A stretch of DNA of 64,000 bases, from contig OZ024740.1 of the NCBI GenBank assembly GCA_964016885.1, forward strand, positions 2,170,001 to 2,234,000. The letters are read 5' to 3'. The notes beneath the pieces were generated by a model. That model did not search any database and was not told the DNA's origin. It saw nothing but the letters and a program-made list of their open reading frames with translations. The stretch is from Eledone cirrhosa (taxonomy: Eukaryota). Positions 26,246 to 39,958 of this stretch are shown in pieces. The position numbers and the translations under genes were made by a program. Position 1 is the stretch's first letter. Each line of letters begins with the position of its first letter.

Positions 26246-28593
26246 AAGTGGCCAGGAGGGAAGCTAGGAGACAAGTGTACTTCGCAAGAAGGGAAGCAGA
26301 GGAAAGAAAGTTCAAGCATGTTCTACAACGCGAGGACCAAAAACGTGAGGTGTTCAGGATTGCTAGGCAATGTGTCAAGGAAAACCGTGATATTGTCGGG
26401 GAGAAGTGTGTCCTTAATGATGATGGTATACTTGACATCACTGACGCTGATAAGAAGGTAGCTTGGAAGTGTCACTACGAAAGGCTACTAAATGAGGAGA
26501 ATAAATGGGAGAAAGACAGTCTACCCCACATCGACCCAATAGAGGGACCAGCAGTGCTAGTTGTAGGTAGTATAATAAGTAAGGCAATCAAAGATATGTA
26601 GACGGGTAAGGCAGCTGGGCCTTCGGAAATAGTTGCTGAAATGGTGAAAGCATCTGGAACGGTGGGACACACTATGGTCACCCGGATAGTAAACCAAGTC
26701 ATACAGAATGGGGCCGTTCCGAAGGACTGGCGTAGCAGCATCATCATTAACTGCTACAAGAGTAAAGGAGATGCTCTTGATAGGGGTAACTATAGAGGCA
26801 TTAAACACATTATCACAGAAAAAGTAATAGCGCAACTAATCAGAGAGAGAATTGATCTAGATGAAATGCAGTTCGGGTTTGTGTCAGGTAAAAGTACCAC
26901 AGACGCTCTTTTCATTGTACGACAACTACAGGAGAAGTACCTAGCTAAAAGTAAACCCCTATACTTAGTTTTGTTGACTTGGAGAAAGCCTTTGACAGAG
27001 ACCCCGCTCCATTATCTGGTGGGCGTTTAGAAAACTAGGTGTTGATGAATGGCTTGTGAGAGTTATACAAGCCATGTATAAAGAAACAGTCAGCAAGGTT
27101 AGAATTAACAATGAATATAGTGAAGAGTTTAGCGTAAAAGTTGGTGTTCATCAGGGCTCCGTTCTTAGCCCCCTACTATTTATTATTGCCCTTCAGGCTA
27201 TAACAGAAGAGTTCAAGACCGGCTGCTCATGGGAACTCCTATATGCAGATGGTCTAACGCTCATAGCTGAATCAATGGCTAAACTAGAGAAGAAATTCCA
27301 AACATGGAAGCATGGCCTAGAATCAAAAGGCCTTAAAGTTAACTTGTCTAAGACTAAAGTTCTAGTTTGTAGGAAGGAAAATAGGGCACCAGTCCCATCT
27401 GGGAAATGGCCATGCTCAGTGTGTAGGAAAGGAGTAGGCAGAAACTCCATTTTATGTCCCAAATGCAAAGTATGGGTGCATAAAAGATGTAGTGGGATCA
27501 CAGGTAAGCTAACTAAGAATATAGATTTTATATGTGGCCGGTGCTCTGGTGCAATAAGTAGCAGCAAGTGCCCACAGAATACTAGCTCATTCCATTGCAC
27601 AGATGGTTCTATAAAAATAGTTGACACCTTCCGTTACCTGGGTGACAAAATCAGCAGTGGGGGAGGGTGCTCTGAAAGTACAGTAGCTAGAGTCAGAACT
27701 GGTTGGAAAAAGTTCAGAGAGCTTATACCACTATTAGCTGCTAAAGGGTTCTCCCTAAAAATGAAAAGCAGGTTGTATGATGCCTGCATACGAACAGCAA
27801 TGTTGCATGGCAGTGAGACCTGGGCATTGTGTGCAGAGGATATACGCAGACTAGAGAGGAACGAAGCTTGCATGCTCCGCTGGATGTGTAACAGTAATAT
27901 ACGTGAACGGCAAAGCATAAACGAACTAAGGAAAAAATTAGAAATAAGAGGGATCAGATGTTGTTTACTCGAGAGAAGGCTACGTTGATATGGACACGTG
28001 ATGTGCATGAAAGTCGATAGCTGTATAACAAAGTGCAGGGCAATAAAGATAGACGGTAGCCACGGAATAGGCAGACCTAGAAAAACCTGGGACGAGCTGA
28101 TAAACTCCGACCTCACACACTTACACCTCTCCAAGACAATGTCACTGGACCGAGACCTTTGGCGGTACTCAGTAACAGAGAAGACCCGCCTTACCTAAAT
28201 ATATAGTAAAACCTACTCCAGCCAGTAGGCATCTCTAACAAAATACACCACGTCCCACCACCACCACCCCCACCCCATCCACACCACCCCGTTCTATGTA
28301 AAGTTATGGTGGTGCCGCGCCATCGAGGCCGAAACAAATGAGATCGTGTAGGTGTCACGACAAAAAAACACACAGTCCACGCTGTAATGTGGCCGTGTAG
28401 GCAACACGGTAAAAACCTCCCAGACCCACACTGTAAATGTGGTTGGTGTTAGGAAGGGCATCCAACTGTAGAAAACCTGCCAGACAGTCCTATGCGAGCA
28501 AGACAATCACTCTTGCCTCAAGTGGGACTACCCCCGTCCAAACCCATGCAAGCGTGGAACACGGACATTAAACGTTGATGATGATGATGATGA
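26246..28593 (+). mobile_element. 5'-truncated, frameshifted RTE LINE (family 1)
   Basis: Three ORF pieces collinear with the 9907-12528 copy; (GAT)n tail. Confidence 0.95.
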
Positions 28594-28693
28594 TATATGT
28601 ATATATATATGTATATATATATGTATATAAATTTAAAAAATACAAAATGTTTCGCTCTACATGGCTGAATACATTAAATGTAATCCGAGTTAA

Positions 28694-28936
28694 ATGTAAT
28701 CTGAGTTTTTCGAATATTAATAAAAACATTCGATTCGTTTGCAATTATGCAAACAAGCCTCATGTTTAAGCCATGTCAGTAGAATGAACCCTTCATTCTT
28801 GCTCGTGTTCACATGCCAACACAAGAGCAAGAATGAAGGGTTCATTCTACTGACATGGTTTTAAAAATGAAGCTTGTTTGCATAATTGCAAACGAATCGA
28901 ATGTAATTATTAATATTCGAAAAACTCAGATTACAT
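28694..28936. repeat. ~240-bp imperfect fold-back hairpin
   Basis: ATGTAATCTGAGTTTTTCGAATATTAAT... and ...ATTAATATTCGAAAAACTCAGATTACAT are reverse complements, centred near 28814. Confidence 0.9.
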
Positions 28937-28937
28937 A

Positions 28938-29277
28938 TATCATCATCATCATCATCATTTTACGTCCGCTTTTCCCTGCTTGCAAGGGTGGGACAGGAAC
29001 TGATTCTGGCTTGATTTCTACAGCTGGATGCCCTTCCTAACACCAACCTCATTTACAGTGAGTGCTGGGTGTTCTTTTGCCGTGGCACCTCCACGACCAC
29101 TTTACAGTGGAATGATAGGGACCCCAGTCCCTATCATCTCATTTCTACAGCTGAGTAAACTGGAGCAATGTAAAATAAAGTGTTTTGCTCAAGGAAACAA
29201 CACACCACCCGGTCTGAGAATTGAACTCACAACCTTTCAATTGCAAGGCCAATGCTCTAACCCCTAAGCCATGTGCC
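28938..29277 (-). mobile_element. tRNA-derived SINE with RTE family-2 tail
   Basis: Near-identical to 14536-14870. Confidence 0.85.
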
Positions 29278-30017
29278 TTCACATGCTTTCACTTAAGATA
29301 AATAACAAAGAGAAGACAAAACAAGACAACGAACAAAAAATAATTTTTTAAGGGGAAACCTTAAATTATTTTTTTAAATAAAAATACAAATGAAGGACAC
29401 AAATCTACAGGGTCATCGGCCATTGTGGTGGACTTGGGCAGTTTCAACCTCTACTAACGGTACTGCTGGTTTACTCGGGGTCACAGCATCTGACACAAGC
29501 CAAACGCTGTCCAGTGGAGTAAGATACAAGAGACAAAACATTAATTTACAGCAATTAAACTACAAGTACACATAGAATTGTATGTGACATCAAAGAAAAT
29601 GTGTGGTGACTCTTATAATGAGAAAGAAAAAAGAAAGGAAGAAAGTAAGATGTGTGTGTGGGGTTTTTTCTCGTTCATTTTCCATTCCTTCCTCTTTATC
29701 TTTTGATTTTATCTTTTATTTCTAATTCTATCTTCTGATGAAGAACTAGTGTCAGAAACATTAAGACTCTTTTCCTCTTATTTCAAGTGTTAAACTAATA
29801 TATTTATTCAATATACTGTGTTGTTTACTTTGTTGTTTCTGTTTAAGCAGTCAGACACTCAGATACATGTACATAGACCAAGACTGGATTAAGTCCTTTT
29901 GAAGCCTTAAGTACTTAAAAGATTGGGGTGTGTGTATGTGACCCCACCACCACATGACAAGATTTGAGGAGAGAGGGGAGGTGGGGGGAGAGGATGGTAA
30001 TATCATAGTGTACTTAC

Positions 30018-30156
30018 TTGGAATGTAGCTCAACATGACAGCTATGAGAAAATAGTAAAAACTGAAGGAGACATTCAGACTATTTGGTAAAGAGAGAGAC
30101 AGTGTATTTCTGGCACTGACATATGGCAGACTTCGGAACATACATAGTAGTTCACC
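30018..30156 (-). CDS. HACD: HACD exon (GELLCMFRSLPYVSARNTLSLSLPNSLNVSFSFYYFLIAVMLSYIP)
   Basis: TTTCAG acceptor, GTAAGT donor, 139 nt (46 codons + 1). Matches HACD GELL...LPN.YN.SF.YYYFL....SYIP and carries the catalytic Glu. Confidence 0.95.
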
Positions 30157-30534
30157 CTGAAACATAATAAATAATATTATATAACATATATTGCATACAA
30201 ACCTACAGTCAGTAGACAGCTCTTAACCCCCCAACCGCCACACCCTACCCCATCCTCCCTCTGCCATTCCGTCCACTGTGTCAATGACACAACAGTCCAC
30301 ACTGTAAGGTGGCCGTGTAGGAGACACAGTGAAAAGGCTCCCAGTCCACACCGTAAATGTGGTTGGTGTTAGGAAGGGCATCCAGCTGTATAAAAACCTG
30401 CCAGAGACGCTTCCGTGAGAGCGAGACATGGTCTCCGGACCATTCCCGCATCAAATGGAACAAAACTGTCTAACCCATGCTAGCGTGGAAGATGGACGTT
30501 AAACGATGATGCTGATGAACATATATAACTTTGC

Positions 30535-32305
30535 CAATGTCTTGAGATGTGAGGACCAGAGACGTGAAGTATTCCATATTGCAAGGCAGTGTGTTAGTGT
30601 TAATCGAGATGTTGGGGGAAAATGTGTTAGAAATGACGCTGGTGCACATAGCACCACTGATGCCCAAAAGAAAGAGGTCTGGAAATGCTACTATGAGAGA
30701 TTGATGAATGTAGAAAATGAATGGGAAGAAGAGAAACTACCCCCAACTTCCCCAAAGGAAGGACCAGCTATTGAAATTGATAGTTTTAGGGTCCAAGACG
30801 CAATCAAGGAGATGAAGAATGGTAAAGCTGTGGGACTGTCAGAAATAGTTGAGATGTTAAAAGTATCAAGAGAAGGAGGAGCCAAACTAGTGACCTATAT
30901 AGTCAATCAGGTAATACAAGATGGAGTCATACCCAATGACGCAGCAGTACAACCATAAATTGCTAGAAAGGAGCAACTATAGAGGAATTAAACTAATGGA
31001 CCAAGTTATGAAAATGACAGAAAGAGTTATAGCATAGATAATTAGGGAAAGAGTCAAATTAGACGAGATGCAGTTTGGTTTCGTATCTGGGAAAAGTACT
31101 ACAGGTACCCTCTTCTTAGTAAAGCAACTACAAGAGTTCCTACCCAAGAATAAGCAGCTATATTTAGCTTTTGTTGATCTAGAAAAGGCCTTGACAGAGT
31201 ACCTTGATCTGTTATCTGGTGGTCCTTAAGAAAATTAGGTGTAGAAGAATGGCTCATGAAAGCAGTGCAAACTATGTGCAGAGGAGCTGTCAGTAAAGTG
31301 AAAATAGGAAGTGAGTTTAGTGAGGAATTTAAGGTACAGGTAAGAGTTCATCAAGGTTCAGTTTTTGGCCCATTGTCATTCATCATAGTTCTTCAGGCCA
31401 TAACAGAGGAGTTTAAAATTGGCTGTCCATTGGAACTTCTCTGTGCAGATGATAGTTGAAACCAAAACAGAACTAGAAAATAAATTCCGATTATGGAAAC
31501 TGAATTTGGAATCTAAAGTGAGCCAAACTAAAGTGGTAGTGAGTAGGAAAGAAGATAAGACCTTCAGGGAAATGGCTCTGCTCAATATGTAGAAAAGGAG
31601 TAGGCATAAACTCCATACAATGTACACAATGTAAATGTTGGGTACATAAAAGATGTAGTGGGATAACGAGTAGACTAAGAGAAAGGGAGAACTTTGCAGG
31701 AGTAATAGAGAGGAAGAGTGCCAGTGATGTAAAGCTATTCCAGTCACAGGATCCAGAGATGTGGTTGATAGCTTCTGCTATCAAGGTGACTTAATTAGCA
31801 GTGGATGAGGGTGCTCTGAGAGTATAATAGCTAGAATAAAAATACAATGAAAAAAGTTTAGAGAAGTACCACTACTAACAACAAAAGGTTTCTCTCTGTG
31901 TACAAAAGGATGACTGTATGGCGCCTGTGTGAGGAGTGCAATGCTGTATGGTAGTGAAACATGGGCTGTGACTGCAGAGGACACGTGTAGGTTGGCGAGA
32001 AAGGAAGCAGCCATGCTTTGTTGGATGTGCAATGTAAATTTGAGAGAAAGGCAAAGCTTACATGAATCGAGGGAGAAACTGGGTTAAAGGGGAGTCTAAG
32101 ATGGTGTGCAGGAGAGCAGACTGCATTGGTTTGGAACTGTGGACATGTGATGTGCATGGACAATGACCAATGGTAGAAGAAATGTCAGGAAATCCCGATG
32201 GAAGGAAGACCTGGGCAGAGGTTGTGAGAGATGTCATGCTGAGAAGGACCCGTCCAACCCATGCAAGCATGGAAAAGCAGACATAAAAACAATGATGATG
32301 ATGAT
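30535..32305 (+). mobile_element. Older degenerate RTE LINE (related subfamily)
   Basis: Many stops and frameshifts but collinear RT motifs (EDQRREVF, NYRGIKL, QFGF, VHQGSV); (GAT)n tail. Confidence 0.88.
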
Positions 32306-32503
32306 ATACAGTTACTCCAGTAAATTGGATGGGATATTTCAAGAACTACTGTCAATGAAAACAATTCTCTATCTCTGACAAAGGGCAAGAGACCAAAGAA
32401 TTACAGATAGATAGACGAGGTCATTTAGATAAGGGTCATACCTGTTGACAGAGATCACATTCTTGATCCTGTAGCTGGCTCCCTACAATAATTTAAGGGT
32501 TAA

Positions 32504-33505
32504 CCCTTTAGCATTTAAACCGGCCATATCCAGCCAGAATTCTCTCACCTCTTTCTGTTCATAACCAGCTGCTTATCATCATCATCATTTTACGTCTGCT
32601 TTTCCCTGCTTGCAAGGGTGGGACGGGACCTATTCAGCACAGCATCTCTCCACTTGTCACAGTCCTTTGTCATCTCCACCGTGAGCTTCAGCGATCTGAG
32701 GTCTGCTCTCACCACCTCCGCCCATGTTTTTCGTGGTCTACCTCTACCATGTCTTCCTTCAACTGGCATTTCTTGGCACTTCTTTACCCAGCGGTCATCC
32801 TCCATGCGCATCACATGTCCATACCAACTCAGTTTTCTCTCTCGCACACTACAGCCTATCCCTCTTATACACAGTTTCTCTCTCAACTCATCTATGCTTG
32901 GTCGTTCACGTACATTGACATTGCACATCCAATGGAGCATGCTTGCTTCATTTCTCTCCAGCAGCCACATATCCTCCACAGTTGCTGCCCATGTCTTACT
33001 ACCATGCAGCATCGCGCACCTCACACAGGCATCATGTAACTGGCCTTTCGCATGCAGGGTGAAACCCTTCTTCATCAGCAGAGGAAGCAGCTCCCTAAAC
33101 TTCTACCAACCCGTCTTATTCTAGATACTATGGCCTCAGAACACCCCCCCTCCCATGCTAATCTGATCACCTAGGTGTCGGAAGCTATCAACCACTTCTA
33201 TAGAACCCACCTGCATTTGAAAAATGTGTCTATCAATGCGACTTCTACTGTCAAATTTCCCTGTACATCTACTGCATACATATTTCTCCCTACCTGTTAG
33301 TTTGCCTGCTATCCCACTACATCTCTTGTGTACCCAAGATCTGCATTGTGTACATTTTATAGAATGTATGCCAATGTTAATGTATTGTTCTCAAAATAAA
33401 TGTCAAAATCACATAGATTTGATATTATGTGTGATAATTATCTAAGATAAAGCCTTTAACATGAAAATACAATAGTATATATAGATTAATGTAAATGCTA
33501 AAGGG
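32504..33505. mobile_element. piggyBac-like MITE interrupted by an RTE family-2 3' fragment (32576-33372, minus)
   Basis: TTAA|CCCTTTAGCATTTA at left and TAAATGCTAAAGGG|TTAA at right. Inserted ORF 33075-32590 reads ...GRGRPRKTWAEVVRADL. Confidence 0.85.
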
Positions 33506-33719
33506 TTAAATTACTGGTTAAGTTGAGGAATAAAGTATGGTAAGTGATTATTTAATAGTTAACTAGAACAGGGGTAGCAAGATCTCAGATCAGCTAAGAT
33601 AGCTGAAGTTAAATGAAAGAGATGTCAGGCCAGTTAAGACAGATAAAATGAGAATAAGGAATATCATGTCAGCTAGGTCACATGACTTGAGATTAAGCTC
33701 AGAAAGGTCAAATACTCAC

Positions 33720-33759
33720 TGTGACCCCTAGAGGATAAAGTCCAACAAATAAGGAATAC
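33720..33759 (-). CDS. HACD: HACD 40-nt exon ((R)YSLFVGLYPLGVT)
   Basis: Long pyrimidine tract plus TTTCAG acceptor, GTGAGT donor. Phases 2 and 0 fit both neighbouring exons. The LYPxG motif carries the catalytic Tyr. Confidence 0.93.
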
Positions 33760-34427
33760 CTGAAAAGAAAAACAGAAATAATAAATACATAGTTGAATAT
33801 ATATATATTTAAATTAATTGAATATATATTTATTTGTATTAATCTCCCGTGTTTTACAATTAACTTGTTAATAATTTCTATTGACAGGTTAATTGTATAA
33901 GTTTATTTTAAAACCACTCGGTTGAGAACTTATTCGATTTGTGCTATTTATGCTATTTTTTGCATGATTTACACCTACTGAATTACTTTGCCAAAATCTG
34001 GAGTTATTCCCCTTGTGATTTTCACACGTGGGTTAACTTACCACCGTGTCATTAACTTATTTGGTACAGAGCGAAATACCTGTTGATAACGTGATATTCC
34101 TTGTTCGATCGTTATACACAAAGCTTATATTTTTAAGCAGACTGTATTTGATTTAGGTGTCACAGAAACTCTACATCGGATTTTAACAGCAATTCCGGGA
34201 GTCCAGGTCTGGTTATCATATTTTTTATCATTTATTTTGTTTTGACCTGTTTAGCTTGATTAGGTTTTGGGGTTGGGTGGTTAATGCCTTCTTGACCACC
34301 TTTTCAGTTTTGTATGGCTTCTTAACACATTGTTTAGCTCTGGTTTTTAACTATTGAGCACTTTGCCAGTATCATTTCTGATTTTTGCGTTTCGCTTCGC
34401 TTTTCCTGCCCGCCAAAATGCGATTCT

Positions 34428-34754
34428 CATTTCATTTTACATCCACTTTTCCCTGCTTGCAAGGGTGGGACGGGAACTGATTCTGGCTTGATTTCTACAG
34501 CTGGATGCCCTGCCTAACACCAACCTCTTTTACAGTGAGTGCTGGGTGCTTTTTTGCTGTGGCACCTCCACGACCACTTTATAGTGGAATGATAGAGACC
34601 CCAGTCCCTATCATCTCATTTCTACAGCTGAGTAAACTGGAGCAATGTGAAATAAAGTGTCTTGCTCAAGGAAACAACACATCACCCGGTCTGAGAATTG
34701 AACTCACAACCTTTCGATTGCAAGGCCAATGCTCTAACCACTAAGCCATGTGCC
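34428..34754 (-). mobile_element. tRNA-derived SINE with RTE family-2 tail
   Basis: Near-identical to 14536-14870; followed by a ~130-bp pure (TA)n. Confidence 0.85.
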
Positions 34755-34755
34755 T

Positions 34756-34892
<137 letters not shown>

Positions 34893-34994
34893 AATGAAGT
34901 AATTCCATCGGAAAAGTCCAGGAAAAAAGAGTGCTCTATGTAAGCAACAGAGCTTAATTATTATTATTATGTAATAAACAACATAAGGCAATTA

Positions 34995-35054
34995 TTCCAT
35001 TTACCAGTGGTTTCTTAAAAGCAAAAGGTTTTGCTTTCAATCCTCAGAATGAAA
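34995..35054 (-). ncRNA. Type I hammerhead ribozyme (outer, left arm; GUA cleavage triplet)
   Basis: TTTCATT-CTGAGGA-TTGAAAGCAAAA cc TTTTGCTTTTAA-GAAA-CCAcTGG-TA-AATGGAA: intact core with stems I, II and III. Confidence 0.8.
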
Positions 35055-35263
35055 AATCCTGGTTTGTTTATTGAATATGGATTCTAAAAACGAAAATGCA
35101 ATCTATATGAAAGTGAGGCTGGAAAAGGGAGAAGGAAAGGAAAAATAAAATAAAATAAAACTACACATGCAAACACACACAAAAAAACCCAAAAACATAC
35201 TTACACACACACACATATATACACATATAATTTGCACGCATACACATATACACATACACATAC

Positions 35264-35302
<39 letters not shown>

Positions 35303-35455
35303 CACATACATACACATATATATATATAAAGAGCGTACACCTACACACACATACACATATATATACACACATATACACATACATATATTCATACATACAC
35401 ACGCACACACACACATATACACACACACACACATATACATACACATGTACATATC

Positions 35456-35495
<40 letters not shown>

Positions 35496-35940
35496 CATAT
35501 ACACACATATACACATATACATACACACACACACACATGTGTGTGTACAAGCCTACACATACACACACACATATATATACACACACATATACATACATTC
35601 ACACAAACATACAACGTACATACATACATACACATACATGAATGCACTCCACTACATATTAACACACGCAAATAAATATAAGAAAAAAATATATAAATAA
35701 TATTAACAAATATTTGACAGCGATACATGCCCCAGCTAACAGGACAGACACGCGTGGTAAGTAATACACACATAAGCGCATATACATACGTTCGAAATAG
35801 TAAACACATACACACACTCTCACACATAAATATACATATACAAATACATAAACACGTACATACACATACATACGCAAACACGTACACGTATACAATATAA
35901 ACACACACATGTATATGTAATTATATACACACACACACAC

Positions 35941-35985
<45 letters not shown>

Positions 35986-36265
35986 CAAAATATAAAAATA
36001 TAAACGCACACACACATATAAATACGTAAACACACATATACATACATAGCTAAACAATTATACACATGCAAATACGTATATATCAAAAGAACGCACAACC
36101 AAATACAAACACACACACATATATACACACACACACACCCACACACAAACCCACACATACATAAAAATAAATAAAAACACACGCAACATATACATACATA
36201 CACATACATATACATATATACATATATACATATACATATATATATATACACATACATATACACAA

Positions 36266-36299
<34 letters not shown>

Positions 36300-36441
36300 A
36301 CGTACACATACACACATGCATACACATACACACACACATATACATGTGTGTATGTGTAAAGCTCAGTATTAGATAAGACAAATGAACCTTACATAAACGT
36401 ATATATAGTAGTAAAGTAATAAAGCCATACAAGGCAATTAA

Positions 36442-36500
36442 TCCATTCACCAGAGGTTTCTTAAAAGCAAAAAAAGTTTCCTTCAATCTTCAGAATGAAA
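36442..36500 (-). ncRNA. Type I hammerhead motif (inner, left arm; non-canonical GUG triplet)
   Basis: TTTCATT-CTGAAGA-ttgaaggaaac..ttgcttttaa-GAAA-CctctgG-TG-AATGGA. Confidence 0.6.
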
Positions 36501-36892
36501 TATACAAATATATACACACATACAGACACGCACACACACATATATATATATACATATATATATATATATGTACATATATATATATATATATATACAGACA
36601 TATATACATACACACATATATACACACACATACATATACATACATACATACACATATATATACATACACAAACATACACGTACGCATATACATATATACA
36701 CACAAAAATACATACACATACACATAGGTATGTGAAGGGCAAAACAAAAAGAATATATGGGGTGGGGGGCCTAGAGGAGGTAAAAATATAAAGGGAGGTA
36801 AGGGAGAAAAAAATATTTTTTAAAAACAAGAGTACAGAAGGTAGAAGCAGCAAAATAAAAGCCGTAGCAAAAGTAAAGAGCAGAGAAGGAGT

Positions 36893-37461
36893 TCAAGGCG
36901 GTTGATTTATCGTAGGAGTGTCAATCCAGTTACAGATCAGATGCGATTTCAGATGAGGACAGCATCTGAAGATCTCAGTCTTAGAGTTAAGGCAAGCGGA
37001 AGTGTCTCTCAAGTTTAGCAAAATCCTATACTTTTCTGTGGTACACAAAGAACAATTCTTTGTGCCCCTTTGGTACTCCCTCGAATGGTCTAATATAGAC
37101 CAATCAATAGAGTACGGGATATTACTATCCTTGAGATCCCATACCTTACTTGCGAGGGCCGTTGATGTTCGTTTATCTGAGTGTTTAAAAGAAGCGACAT
37201 GTGAGTAAAATCTGGTTTTAAACCTGTCCTGGGTCATACCGACATATCGCTCGCTTCTGGCTGGCTGGTTGTTGATAACTGGCGTTATTTTAGCCTCATA
37301 AACGACAGATTTTGTTTTACATTTACCCTGCAATGGGCATTCATCCGGCTTCCTGCAACTGCATCCTGGATTTATCCTCGTACGGTTTGAACTGGTGATT
37401 TTGGATTTCATGGATGGACAACAAGAGTAGCTGATCTTAACTACATTCCTATTAAAAATCT
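36893..37461 (-). mobile_element. Neptune-type Penelope-like element, C-terminal linker plus GIY-YIG endonuclease (left arm)
   Basis: IFNRNVVKISYSC, CSCRKPDECPLQGKC, VVYEA..YVGMT..FKTRFYSH, TALASKVW, CSLCTTEK, LNSKTE, CPH: typical PLE endonuclease with a Cys-rich linker. RT absent (5'-truncated). Confidence 0.9.
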
Positions 37462-38019
37462 AGGAATGTAGTTAAGATCAGCTACTCTTGTTGTCCATCC
37501 ATGAAATCCAAAATCACCAGTTCAAACCGTACGAGGATAAATCCAGGATGCAGTTGCAGGAAGCCGGATGAATGCCCATTGCAGGGTAAATGTAAAACAA
37601 AATCTGTCGTTTATGAGGCTAAAATAACGCCAGTTATCAACAACCAGCCAGCCAGAAGCGAGCGATATGTCGGTATGACCCAGGACAGGTTTAAAACCAG
37701 ATTTTACTCACATGTCGCTTCTTTTAAACACTCAGATAAACGAACATCAACGGCCCTCGCAAGTAAGGTATGGGATCTCAAGGATAGTAATATCCCGTAC
37801 TCTATTGATTGGTCTATATTAGACCATTCGAGGGAGTACCAAAGGGGCACAAAGAATTGTTCTTTGTGTACCACAGAAAAGTATAGGATTTTGCTAAACT
37901 TGAGAGACACTTCCGCTTGCCTTAACTCTAAGACTGAGATCTTCAGATGCTGTCCTCATCTGAAATCGCATCTGATCTGTAACTGGATTGACACTCCTAC
38001 GATAAATCAACCGCCTTGA
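37461..38019 (+). mobile_element. Neptune-type Penelope-like element GIY-YIG fragment (right arm)
   Basis: Identical protein to the left arm. Confidence 0.9.
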
Positions 38020-38411
38020 ACTCCTTCTCTGCTCTTTACTTTTGCTACGGCTTTTATTTTGCTGCTTCTACCTTCTGTACTCTTGTTTTTAAAAAATATT
38101 TTTTTCTCCCTTACCTCCCTTTATATTTTTACCTCCTCTAGGCCCCCCACCCCATATATTCTTTTTGTTTTGCCCTTCACATACCTATGTGTATGTGTAT
38201 GTATTTTTGTGTGTATATATGTATATGCGTACGTGTATGTTTGTGTATGTATATATATGTGTACGTATGTATGTATATGTATGTGTGTGTATATATGTGT
38301 GTATGTATATATGTCTGTATATATATATATATATATATGTACATATATATATATATATGTATATATATATATGTGTGTGTGCGTGTCTGTATGTGTGTAT
38401 ATATTTGTATA

Positions 38412-38470
38412 TTTCATTCTGAAGATTGAAGGAAACTTTTTTTGCTTTTAAGAAACCTCTGGTGAATGGA
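38412..38470 (+). ncRNA. Type I hammerhead motif (inner, right arm; GUG triplet)
   Basis: Mirror of 36442-36500; CTGAAGA at 38419-38425, GAAA at 38452-38455. Confidence 0.6.
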
Positions 38471-38612
38471 TTAATTGCCTTGTATGGCTTTATTACTTTA
38501 CTACTATATATACGTTTATGTAAGGTTCATTTGTCTTATCTAATACTGAGCTTTACACATACACACATGTATATGTGTGTGTGTATGTGTATGCATGTGT
38601 GTATGTGTACGT

Positions 38613-38646
<34 letters not shown>

Positions 38647-38926
38647 TTGTGTATATGTATGTGTATATATATATATGTATATGTATATATGTATATATGT
38701 ATATGTATGTGTATGTATGTATATGTTGCGTGTGTTTTTATTTATTTTTATGTATGTGTGGGTTTGTGTGTGGGTGTGTGTGTGTGTATATATGTGTGTG
38801 TGTTTGTATTTGGTTGTGCGTTCTTTTGATATATACGTATTTGCATGTGTATAATTGTTTAGCTATGTATGTATATGTGTGTTTACGTATTTATATGTGT
38901 GTGTGCGTTTATATTTTTATATTTTG

Positions 38927-38971
<45 letters not shown>

Positions 38972-39416
38972 GTGTGTGTGTGTGTATATAATTACATATA
39001 CATGTGTGTGTTTATATTGTATACGTGTACGTGTTTGCGTATGTATGTGTATGTACGTGTTTATGTATTTGTATATGTATATTTATGTGTGAGAGTGTGT
39101 GTATGTGTTTACTATTTCGAACGTATGTATATGCGCTTATGTGTGTATTACTTACCACGCGTGTCTGTCCTGTTAGCTGGGGCATGTATCGCTGTCAAAT
39201 ATTTGTTAATATTATTTATATATTTTTTTCTTATATTTATTTGCGTGTGTTAATATGTAGTGGAGTGCATTCATGTATGTGTATGTATGTATGTACGTTG
39301 TATGTTTGTGTGAATGTATGTATATGTGTGTGTATATATATGTGTGTGTGTATGTGTAGGCTTGTACACACACATGTGTGTGTGTGTGTATGTATATGTG
39401 TATATGTGTGTATATG

Positions 39417-39456
<40 letters not shown>

Positions 39457-39478
39457 GATATGTACATGTGTATGTATA

Positions 39479-39514
<36 letters not shown>

Positions 39515-39615
39515 CGTGTGTATGTATGAATATATGTATGTGTATATGTGTGTATATATATGTGTATGTGTGTGTAGGTGTACGCTCTTTATATATATAT
39601 ATGTGTATGTATGTG

Positions 39616-39660
<45 letters not shown>

Positions 39661-39869
39661 GTATGTGTATGTGTATATGTGTATGCGTGCAAATTATATG
39701 TGTATATATGTGTGTGTGTGTAAGTATGTTTTTGGGTTTTTTTGTGTGTGTTTGCATGTGTAGTTTTATTTTATTTTATTTTTCCTTTCCTTCTCCCTTT
39801 TCCAGCCTCACTTTCATATAGATTGCATTTTCGTTTTTAGAATCCATATTCAATAAACAAACCAGGATT

Positions 39870-39929
39870 TTTCATTCTGAGGATTGAAAGCAAAACCTTT
39901 TGCTTTTAAGAAACCACTGGTAAATGGAA
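39870..39929 (+). ncRNA. Type I hammerhead ribozyme (outer, right arm; predicted cleavage after A39922)
   Basis: CTGAGGA 39877-39883, stem II 39884-39909, GAAA 39910-39913, stem III CCA-c-TGG, GTA, stem I TTTCATT/AATGGAA. Confidence 0.8.
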
Positions 39930-39958
39930 TAATTGCCTTATGTTGTTTATTACATAAT

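Noticed and set aside
35103-36853. Many Y/I/C/V/H/T-rich ORFs (and their mirror images at 38059-39821)
   Set aside because: Translations of CA/TA microsatellite sequence.
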